A stretch of DNA of 63,275 nt, filler included, from Octopus bimaculoides (taxonomy: Eukaryota), in assembly GCF_001194135.2 (NCBI RefSeq). It is 6 parts of 4 records of this genome, joined end to end, with 100 filler letters (N's around TTAATTAATTAA, not from the genome) between each part and the next. Parts side by side here need not be neighbours in the genome. Positions count along the whole stretch, not along the records: positions 49,129 to 52,605 come from NC_068984.1; positions 52,706 to 54,832 come from NC_068990.1; positions 54,933 to 63,275 come from NC_068984.1; 3 more parts are not named here. One strand, 5' to 3'. A program made the position numbers and the translations under genes. Under the pieces are notes generated by a model, which was given only the letters and a program-made list of their open reading frames with translations, was not told where the DNA came from and ran no database searches. This document shows, piece after piece, positions 52,171 to 63,275 of the stretch. Each line of letters opens with the position of its first letter. Within the stretch, counting starts at the first letter, position 1.

Positions 52171-52930
52171 TTAGGCAATTTGCTATACCAGATATTTTGT
52201 ATAAGTGTGTGTTGTTTGTATTTAACTCAGCTTTCACAGCATTAATAGGCAGCAAGTTATTATTTAAATAACATACTGAGACTTCAGTTTGGGTAATTTA
52301 AATCTACAGAATTTATATACATTTCTAATATCCAAAGAGAACTCTTCACTGCAACTTCCTTATATTACATAATATTTTTTAATATTTTTCAACCTACCAC
52401 TACAGTTTTTCCTAACATTCAAACTGTGCATTTTCTCACATGGATTTTCTTTTCATTTTTGCTTTCCCCATGGTTTTTTTCTATAGAATCTTAACTTCCT
52501 AGCTTTCTCTCAGTGATACTCTTGGGTGCAATCCATTTGGGCACAAATGATTTGTAAATCATAGAGATAAACTCTCTGAATAAATTATATAACTCTACAT
52601 TATACNNNNNNNNNNNNNNNNNNNNNNNNNNNNNNNNNNNNNNNNNNNNTTAATTAATTAANNNNNNNNNNNNNNNNNNNNNNNNNNNNNNNNNNNNNNN
52701 NNNNNAATACATAAACTACGGTTTAAGCAACATATTACCTGCCTCTGGATGCCCTCTTCCCAAGACGGTACCTATACAGGTGATCCCCAGGAGTGCCTCC
52801 AGATTTAAACATCCCCTGGTTGCTTGGATGCTTCAGACTACCCCTGAAGGATCGAGGCAAACCTACCACTTACCTATATATATATATATATATATACACA
52901 CAAATATACACATACACATATATACACACA

Positions 52931-54575
52931 TCATCATCATCATTGTTTAACGTCCGCTTTCCATGCTAGCATGGGTTGGACGATTTGACTGCGAACTGGT
53001 GGAGCCCGAAGGCTACACCAGGCTCCAATCTAATTTGGCCGAGTTTCTACAGCTGGATGCCCTTCCTAACGCCAACCGCTCAGAGAGTGTTGTGAGTGCT
53101 TTTACGTGTCACTCGCACGAAGGCCAGTCAGGCGATACTGGCAACTGCCACGTTCAAAATAGTGTATTTTATGTGCCACCCGCACAAGAGCCAATCCAGG
53201 GTCACTGACAACAATCTCGCTCAAAAGTCCTTACACATGCTGCGGGCACAAGTACCAGAAAGGCGACGCTGGGCACAGGTGCCATCCCGATTTTGCTTTC
53301 GCTTGCCCCAATAAGTCTTCGCAAGTTGAGTTTCGTGTCCAATGAAGGAGACAACGTTGGCATTGGTGCCAGTCGTCGAATTTAGTTCGATTTCGATTTC
53401 ACTTGCCTCAAAAGGTCTTCGCAAGCGGAATTTAGTGNNNNNNNNNNNNNNNNNNNNNNNNNNNNNNNNNNNNNNNNNNNNNNNNNNNNNNNNNNNNNNN
53501 NNNNNNNNNNNNNNNNNNNNNNNNNNNNNNNNNNNNNNNNNNNNNNNNNNNNNNNNNNNNNNNNNNNNNNNNNNNNNNNNNNNNNNNNNNNNNNNNNNNN
53601 NNNNNNNNNNNNNNNNNNNNNNNNNNNNNNNNNNNNNNNNNNNNNNNNNNNNNNNNNNNNNNNNNNNNNNNNNNNNNNNNNNNNNNNNNNNNNNNNNNNN
53701 NNNNNNNNNNNNNNNNNNNNNNNNNNNNNNNNNNNNNNNNNNNNNNNNNNNNNNNNNNNNNNNNNNNNNNNNNNNNNNNNNNNNNNNNNNNNNNNNNNNN
53801 NNNNNNNNNNNNNNNNNNNNNNNNNNNNNNNNNNNNNNNNNNNNNNNNNNNNNNNNNNNNNNNNNNNNNNNNNNNNNNNNNNNNNNNNNNNNNNNNNNNN
53901 NNNNNNNNNNNNNNNNNNNNNNNNNNNNNNNNNNNNNNCCTCATCCCAGGTGTTCCTGGGCCTACCTCTTCCACAGGTTCCTTCCACTGCTATGGTGTGG
54001 CACTTTTTCACACAGCTATCCTCGTCCATTCTCGCCACATGACCATACCAACGCAATCGTCTCTCTTGCACACCACAACTGATGCTTCTTAGGTTCAACT
54101 TTTCTCTCAAGGTACTTACACTCTGTCTAGTATGCAGTATGCACACTGACATTACACATCCATTGGAGCATACTGGCTTCATTTCTTGTGAGCCTACGCA
54201 TGTCTTTAGCAGTCACAGCCCATGTTTCACTGCCATGAAGCATGGCTGTTCGTAGACATGCATCATACAGTCTGCCTTTTACTCTGAGCGAGAGGCTCTT
54301 TGTCACCAGCAGAGGTAAGAGCTCTCTGAACTTTGCCCAGGCTATTCTTATTCTAGCAGCTACACTTTCAGCGCACCTTTTCCCACTACTAACTTGGTCA
54401 CCCAGATATCGGAAGCTATCAACCACTTCTAGTTTTTCTCCCTGGAATGTGGCAGAAGTTGTTTTCTGCACATTTACAGTGTTTATAGCTTCTGAACATC
54501 TGCCACATCCGAAAACTAACTTCCTAGTAAACCTTCTTTTGATATTGCTGCACCTCTTATGTGTCCATAGCTTGC
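52931..54575 (-). mobile_element. RTE LINE 3' part (RT C-terminus and long 3' UTR), interrupted by a gap
   Basis: EVVDSFRYLGDQV...RIRIAWAKFRELLPLL...LHGSETWAV and RLRWYGHVARM...VEGTCGRGRPRNTWDE. (GAT)n tail. Confidence 0.88.
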
Positions 54576-54683
54576 ACTGGGTGCATATACATACATACAC
54601 ACATATACATACATACATACTGACACATACAGACTAAAACACACACACTCACACATATATATATATACATATACACACATACA

Positions 54684-54724
<41 letters not shown>

Positions 54725-54932
54725 ATATTATTAGGGACAAAATCCAAAATTACAGGTAAAAAACTCAATTAAAATCAATTTATAAAAAATTAAATTGAGC
54801 CTTATAGATAAAGTATATATAAAATATATATANNNNNNNNNNNNNNNNNNNNNNNNNNNNNNNNNNNNNNNNNNNNTTAATTAATTAANNNNNNNNNNNN
54901 NNNNNNNNNNNNNNNNNNNNNNNNNNNNNNNN

Positions 54933-55718
54933 TTACTTCCTGTTTCTGTTGTGCCTGTAATTCAAAGGGTCAGCCTTGTCACACTGTCACGCTGAATATC
55001 CCTGAGAACTACGTTAAGGGTACACGTGTCTGTGGAGTGCTCAGCCACTTGCACGTTAATTTCACGAGCAGGCTGTTCCGTTGATCGGATCAACTGGAAC
55101 CCTCGACGTCGTAAGCGACGGAGTGCCAACAACAACCCAAGTGGTGAGCTGGCAGAATTGTTAGCACGCTGGACGAAATGCTTAGCGGTATTTCGCCCGT
55201 CTCTATGTTCTGAGTTCAAATTCCGCTGAGGTCGACATTACTTTCATCTTTTCGGGGGTCGATAAATTAAGTACCAGTTGAGTACTGGGGTCGATGTAAT
55301 CCCCTCCCCCAAATTTCAGGCCTTGTGCCTATAATAGAAAGGATTATATTTACTATTATTAAGGCGGCGAGCTAGCAGAATCGTAAGCACGCTGGACAAA
55401 ATGCTTAGCAGTATTTGTTCCGGCTTTTAGTTTCCGAGTTCAAATTCCTCCGAGGTCGACTTTGCCTTTCATCTTTTCGAGGTCGATAAAATAAATTGCA
55501 GTTGAGCATTATGGTCACTGTAATCGACTTGCTCCACCACCCAATATTTCCAGTTTTATACCTATAATAGAAAGAATTATATTTTCACCACCCACCGAGG
55601 TCGACTTTACATTTCATCTTTCGGGGTCGATAAATTAAGTACCAGTGAAACACTGGGGTCGATGTAATCGACTATCCCATTCCCTAAAATTTCAGGCCTT
55701 GTGTCTATAGTAGAAAGG

Positions 55719-55745
<27 letters not shown>
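54933..55745 (+). mobile_element. SINE pile-up: family 1 3' half followed by three family 3-related copies
   Basis: 54933-55132 matches family 1. 55140-55345, 55362-55575 and 55595-55720 match the family 3 head or body. Confidence 0.8.
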
Positions 55746-55751
<6 letters not shown>

Positions 55752-56090
55752 ATGGCCAACAGACAGAAGTAGCATGAATGGAATGTATCAAGAGAGACAT
55801 TCACCATAAACGGAAGACATCAAAAGAGACAATCAGCGTAAGAGGAAGATAACAATAGTGATAGTCTTAATCGAGCGATAGAACTTAAATATAAAGTTCA
55901 AGAACAAGCGACAAGCACTCAGTTTCGATTACCATTTGAATGAAATTTACTTTACTAGTTTTGGGAAAGACATAAATGTCACAGCTTCACATTTACCACT
56001 TCTAAAATATTCGGCATTTTGACTTGCTTAAAAATGATAACAATGCAATGTATTTAATTTTGAAACGAAACTAAGAATAGGAGAATTTCC

Positions 56091-56550
56091 GGATCTTTTT
56101 TAAAACGGGGGCCACATTTTTCATTAACGAAACACTTTGAAACTTGGAACACTGGTAGAATGTGTCATATAAAACATCTTTTTCTCTTAGTCTTCTTAAA
56201 AAAAAAAGAAATCCATAAATTATTCCATGTTAAAGTTGTCGTATTTCTGTAATTTCAACCAATCACTGACGTCCATTCAGCCGATATACATTAAGTGCCG
56301 ACTACATAAACAAACGATTCTGAAACAATTAACCCTAACCCTAACCCTAACTCNNNNNNNNNNACGTCAGTGATTGGTTGAAATTATCGAAATAAGACAA
56401 TTTTTTACATGAAATAAATTCGAATACAAAAATATTTTTCTGTTCTATAACACAAAATAGATAAGTATACGAAGTTTGAAAGTCTTTCGGTACCAAAAAC
56501 ACTACGTAAAACATTAATGAAAAATGTGGCCCCCGTTTTAAAAAAGATCC
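56091..56550. mobile_element. MITE with 37-bp perfect TIRs, 8-bp TSD and central (TAACCC)n
   Basis: TIR ggatcttttttaaaacgggggccacatttttcattaa at 56091-56127 and its reverse complement at 56514-56550. TSD gaatttcc at 56083-56090 and 56551-56558. Confidence 0.9.
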
Positions 56551-57260
56551 GAATTTCCTTCTCTAAAACAGACCCCTGGATATTAGTTCTTTCTATTGTT
56601 CAGTTTAGAAAATGAACACATATATTTTGTAATTAAATAATCTCACAAGTTCGGTGTGGTGTCCATAAATTTTATTGCCTTCCTCAAACTGGTGAGGCTG
56701 ATACTGTTATGTTTAATTTAAACTTCTGTAGGATGATGCACATGGAAAAAGTTTGGCGTGTTTGGTGCAGGCGTTTAGAGAAGGGGAGGTTGTGGTGTAT
56801 TGAATGGTACACGGATAATGGTGAAAGAGACATGGAGTGAGGATAGAAAACAGATAGAAAACAGATTAGTTGCCAGTGAGAAAATTATTAAGTTAGGGTA
56901 TCAAGCTTTGCTAATAATCTTGATGGTAATTTTATTTGAATGCGCGTGTATGTATGTATGTATGTATGTATGTATGTATGTATGTATGTATGTTTCATCT
57001 TCATTTTTTCCGGCAGATAATAGCCGAAATATTACATTGCATCAGTATTATTTCAGCAACATTCGCAAATGAAAACTCCTTAGGTTTGAATGCTAAATGT
57101 TCGCTAAATTTTTTTTTGTTTTACTCTACAGATATTCATAGATTTCCAGATGTATATTCACCATTACGATCGGTTTTTATTATGATACTGCACCTGGTAG
57201 CCAATACCCGTGGAGAAGCTTTATAAAGTAGACTGCAAGGTTCATGCCCAAATTAAGTTG

Positions 57261-57291
<31 letters not shown>

Positions 57292-60200
57292 TGTATGTAT
57301 ATATGTATGTATGTATGTATGTAGACGCGAACATGACCGAGTGAAGAAGTTCTTTCCCAATCTGAAGGTTTGGAGTTCTGTCCCATCACGCGGTATCTTG
57401 GATAGCCTATGATTGATCAGAGCCTTGTGAGTAAAAATGGGTTGACGGAAATCGTGGAAGACGGTCGGATGGCAATACCTGTAATTCAAAGGCCCAACCT
57501 TAAGACGCCCTTTGATATGCTGATTGTGCTCGATGGTTAAGTTTAAGGTACAAATGTCCGTGAAATACTTAGTCACTTCCATTATAGTTCAATGAATAAT
57601 TTATATATATATATTTCAATGAATAAGTTGTTTAATTTATCAACTGTTGGAATACTTATCTATGAAATTTTGAACGATATATGTATGCATGTATGTTATG
57701 TATGTATGTGCATGTATGTATGTATGTATGTATGTGCATGTATGTGCATGTATGTAAGTATGTATGTGTGTATGTATGTGTGTATGTATGTGTGTATGTA
57801 TATATGTATGTGTGTGTATGCATGTATGTATGTATGTGCGTGCATTATGTGTGTATGTATGTATGTATGTACGTACGTACGTATGTATGTATGTATGTAT
57901 GTATGTATGCATGTATGTATGTATGTATGTATGTATGTATGTATGTATGTATTCTTCACTTTTTAGTATTTCTGGAAGAGATCTGGTTTCTAACAATATA
58001 TATATAAAAAAAAACCCAAAAAGAACAAAAACACAGAAGTTCCATTGCTGGAATTTGAAAAGCAATAACAGTAATTGTTACAAACTGAACCTTAAGAAAA
58101 TCTTGCATATTTTTACTGTTCCATCGCTGATTGTATCTGCAAAGCGTGTTAGCCGGTCTCTTTCTTTGCTTGAAAATCATTGCTTTTTCCAGATCGTAAC
58201 TGAGACAATTACTAAACATAACCAAGTGCACCAATGATCATTGGTATAAATGTAAATTTATAATCAGGGTAGAGAAGCTACAAGTTTTGATGGAGTTCCT
58301 TTGAATACTCTTCTCACTGAATTTGGAAGTGACATTGCTATCTGCAGAGTAGCTCACCTCTATGACTATACATGATTTCTTTCTTTTCCGTTCTAAATAA
58401 CTATATCAAGATTGTTATGCCCGCACTTGTTAGAAGTTTCGATGGGAATGTTCCACCATAAAGAGTATTATACTATATCTTTATTAGTCTGGTATAATAT
58501 TCCTTAGTTACTTTATCTGTTTTTACGGCACATAGACATATACTATAATATTTTAATACTATGATATATTTTCATCAATTTTATCAATTTTATTTATAAT
58601 ATCAATGTTATTAATAACAAGATCTATATTGATAAAAGCCAAATTTTGTCTGTCCGTCTGGGACCCCTGTATCTCAGTCTACATCTGCTCTACATAGACA
58701 TGTTATACCTTTTTAGAATCAGGATGATTTTTAGAACCGGAACTGAAAGTTTGTCCTTCATTTGGTTCTTGAATATACAGCGTTAGGATCTGATTTGAAA
58801 ACATTTGGGTCGCTATTTCTTGCAGTTAAAGTGACCGTGATAGGTTTCAGAGCCATAGTACAGGGGTTACTTCCATTAGCTTTAGGTTTTACTAAGGAAT
58901 TTAGTGTTTTTTTAAAAATATCTTTTTCAGCCATCAGACTGTGGCCACGCCGGGGCACCACCTTGAAGAATTTTAATCGAACAAATCGACACCAGTTCTT
59001 TCTTTCTTATGTTTGTTATGTTTTTTATTGCCCTCTTTTACCGAACCGCTAAGTGGTGGGAGATAAACACAGACACAAAGTCACAATACATACATACGTA
59101 CATACATATCTTCTAGTCAAATTTTAAAAGAACTCCAAAAATTTGTGTACTTAAGTTTTTCATTTAAACTGAATTTAAATTAATACCATATTTGTAGGGT
59201 ACAAATAAATGCTTAATTATTATCGTTCCCTTTAATTTTGGGCCGCAGGACCAATTAGCCTTCCGCAGGAGCTACCTTAAAAGTCCGACCTTAAAAGTCC
59301 GCACGAAGTGTGGCTTTTAAGCTAATTATTAATATAATCAATGTTATTTACATTATCCATTTCATCTATATTAACATTGATATCAATATTATCAATGTTA
59401 GTAATTGTTACTTATATTATCAATGTCATCTATATTCCATTATTATCAGTGTTATCAATATTATCAATGCTATGATTCCGCCGACGTCGGCTTTGACTTT
59501 TATCCTTTCGGGGTCAATTAAACAAGTACCAGTTGAGCACGGGGTCGATGTAATCGACTTATCTCCACTGAAAAGCTTGTTTTGCGCCAAAATTTAACAC
59601 CATTATTCTCAATGTTATCAATATTATTAAAGTTAAATGTGGTTAGACGTAAATTCAACATTTTAATAACCGTATTCTCAGATGTTTCAGGCATTTACCC
59701 ATCTGACTATTTCCCACGCAAAAATTCCATGTAAAATATTATTTTCAGTCTAAAATAATCAATATAATAAATAGCGTAATATTCTTAATTATTAATTAGT
59801 AGTTTTCCCAAAGAAATTTATGAAAATAAAATTCTTTTGAAACTTCAATGTGTCTAATTGTTTTAGAATTTAATCATATACGCAACTCTACATTCGAACA
59901 GAAAATTGTTACTTTCTAAACACACACACACACACACACACACACAAGCGTGTGCGCATATATGCACGCGCACATATACACACGCACGCATGCACGCACG
60001 CGCGTACATATGTACATATAAGAATAAATGTATGTATATATGCATATATATATATATATATANNNNNNNNNNNNNNNNNNNNNNNNNNNNNNNNNNNNNN
60101 NNNNNNNNNNNNNNNNNNNNNNNNNNNNNNNNNNNNNNNNNNNNNNNNNNNNNNNNNNNNNNNNNNNNNNNNNNNNNNNNNNNNNNNNNNNNNNNNNNNN

Positions 60201-60793
60201 NNNNNNNNNNNNNNNNNNNNNNNNNNNNNNNNNNNNNNNNNNNNNNNNNNNNNNNNNNNNNNNNNNNNNNNNNNNNNNNNNNNNNNNNNNNNNNNNNNNN
60301 NNNNNNNNNNNNNNNNNNNNNNNNNNNNNNNNNNNNNNNNNNNNNNNNNNNNNNNNNNNNNNNNNNNNNNNNNNNNNNNNNNNNNNNNNNNNNNNNNNNN
60401 NNNNNNNNNNNNNNNNNNNNNNNNNNNNNNNNNNNNNNNNNNNNNNNNNNNNNNNNNNNNNNNNNNNNNNNNNNNNNNNNNNNNNNNNNNNNNNNNNNNN
60501 NNNNNNNNNNNNNNNNNNNNNNNNNNNNNNNNNNNNNNNNNNNNNNNNNNNNNNNNNNNNNNNNNNNNNNNNNNNNNNNNNNNNNNNNNNNNNNNNNNNN
60601 NNNNNNNNNNNNNNNNNNNNNNNNNNNNNNNNNNNNNNNNNNNNNNNNNNNNNNNNNNNNNNNNNNNNNNNNNNNNNNNNNNNNNNNNNNNNNNNNNNNN
60701 NNNNNNNNNNNNNNNNNNNNNNNNNNNNNNNNNNNNNNNNCCTGGTAAAAAATCATATTTTGAATATAAATACAAGCACATGCACTGACACAC

Positions 60794-60882
<89 letters not shown>

Positions 60883-60889
60883 GTTCCAA

Positions 60890-61560
60890 GATACATTTCA
60901 AGGATGGACTGGGATGTAACATCAGTAATGCTTCTGGAGTCTTAGGGAATATTTTTAACATCAGACTCTTTTGATCAAGTTACAGTTAGCATTTTACGAT
61001 CGGCTTTCTTCATCCATAGCCACCAAGTGGTCTTCTTTGCAGTTTCAATGATGGGAATAATGACCCTCCTCTTTACTGCACCATTTACTATTCACAGTTA
61101 GAGCTTTGTAGAGTGAACGCTTCATAGAACCCCGGCTGCCTGTCTCTATTGCCTCACAATGTACCTGTTAGTTCTGGTTTCTGCACTGCTCTACCAGCGC
61201 CTCATGAGCTTCCTCTATATGTTCTTCCTAGAACAGAGTCAATTTTCACACGGTCACCAGTTTGATGAATTTTAAGAAGATCCCTATGTCGAGGCTGAGC
61301 ATTGTTTGTACAGTGTGATCTTAGAACTTTTGTTCAATGAGATCCAGTGTCTGCTGCCAGTCTGGGAATGTGGAAAGAAGGCATTGTCGTTATGTTTTAG
61401 TGAAGTCGGTTTCTCTCCAGCTTTGAGAAAAGTGATGAACTTCTTTCCTGAATGATTATAACCTCTGCAACAAACTTCAGTTCTTGATCACGTCATCAGC
61501 GTAAGCGGCCATCGACTAATGCTCTGGGATAGCTGTTAAGGTTATATTGAAGGGATCCTC
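60890..61560 (-). mobile_element. Decayed RTE-like LINE RT fragment
   Basis: Minus strand AAYADDV motif and downstream ...LNKSSKITLYKQC... with many stops. Confidence 0.55.
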
Positions 61561-61909
61561 TTTCGGAATACAAAAATACAGGAGAGTTGTTTAGTCATGT
61601 AAAGGTTTATCGGACTTGGTAAAGTATCGTAGTCAACCTGGATTAGAAATCCGATGCGCTGTGGTCTGCCAGAAATCTGACCGAATGATACTCCGCTGCA
61701 GAAATGAAAAACTACGTCATACTATTCAATACGGAATAAAATTCACAGCGTCATACATTTTAGCAACAACACACTCATGTATACTTCATACAATACATCA
61801 TGAATTCACTTATCAAGATAATTTGTACAAGTGAGCAACAAATATTCCTGTAAATTCCATATTAATGAGGGATGAGACATTGAGCGTAGACAATGAAATA
61901 AAAATGGTG

Positions 61910-61987
<78 letters not shown>

Positions 61988-62943
61988 CACCTACCTACCT
62001 ACCTACCTACCTACCTACCTACCTACCTACCTACCTACCTACTTACCTGTCTGTCTGTCTGTCTGTGCGCGTATGTATTCAAGCCAAGAGTGTGTATGTG
62101 TTTGTGTGTGCATGCACATGTGTGTGTGTGTGTATGTGCATGTATGCATGTATGTATGTACGTGCATCAGTGTGTGTACATGCATGTATGTATGTATGTG
62201 CATCAGTGTGTATGTATGTAGTGCATCAGTACGTGCATCAATGTATGTGGGTGCGCGTACATAGATATATATATTAAAGATAAAAAGAGAAGACGGAATG
62301 TACCAAACAAAAAAAGATTTATATCACCTCAACAATTGTTTCATCTTCAATATGCACTGCTCCCTTGTGGGCGTGGAACGATGCAATAACACCAGACGCA
62401 ACTCACAGTGCATAGAAGACTCCTCAGGTGGGATAATAAGATTTTAAGCTGGGAGATTTACATTTGAGTTTCACTGTATTGAAAGATTTTAACAGTTAGA
62501 CACGCACCGACAAAAAAAAAAACAAACAAACAAAGAAACGCGCACATTCATACGTTTAAATCAATGCAACAACGCATAGACGCACCGATGAATAATTATA
62601 CTCGTGGCACATGTCAACATACACCACCACATGTATGTATGTCAGTCAATCACATACACACACAGCTATGTACGCACAGACACACACCTACACACACGGA
62701 TACATACATACATACACAACACACACACACAGACACACATACACACATATATATGAATACATACACATATACACTCAAATGCACTTATATATTTTATATG
62801 TACACATAATCGATGCATACGCTTATATACATGTATATATGTATGTATGCATGGATGTATGGATATATTTAAACTTATACGTATATGTGCATGCCCTTGA
62901 CTTTTGGGAGCGTAAGTAGACATACATGCACACAGGCTGATGC

Positions 62944-62978
<35 letters not shown>

Positions 62979-63182
62979 ACAGCAGCAACAGCAGCAACAG
63001 CAGCAGCAGCAGCAGCAACAGGAAATATCACAAGATGTTTTAATCATCGCTCGAAATGTGTTTTCTGAATATTTGATTAACAAAAATAAACAATGAAATA
63101 TAGGAAAAAAAACAAAAACATACAACGCAGCAGCGCACATGCAGCAGACATACTTTTACACAATCATTTACACACAATCATT

Positions 63183-63275
<93 letters not shown>

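Noticed and set aside
18021-54888. TTAATTAATTAA islands embedded in N runs (18021, 43733, 49073, 52650, 54877)
   Set aside because: This is a six-frame stop linker inserted during scaffolding, not genomic sequence.

Overview
AT-rich, microsatellite-dense animal DNA with many N gaps. It is most likely an octopus draft scaffold, inferred from octopus-type tRNA-derived SINE families. Most ORFs in the supplied track are simple-repeat or N-gap artefacts. The main result is a spliced plus-strand gene that the ORF track largely misses. Eight short exons between 592 and 13271 alternate strictly between type A (phase 1->2) and type B (phase 2->1). All have canonical AG/GT sites and splice into one open frame of 735 nt (about 245 aa). 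The frame encodes tandem ~60-aa six-cysteine modules, C-x7-C-x16-C-x8-C-x7/8-C-x11-C. Three of the four A exons carry N-glycosylation sequons, and flanking intron blocks are conserved between copies. I do not recognise the family. The 5' end lies upstream of the window and the 3' end is unresolved. The rest is transposon debris: several SINE families, RTE, CR1 and R4-like LINE fragments, Tc1/mariner remnants, MITEs, Helitron-type elements, and Penelope-like relics with minimal hammerhead-ribozyme motifs.
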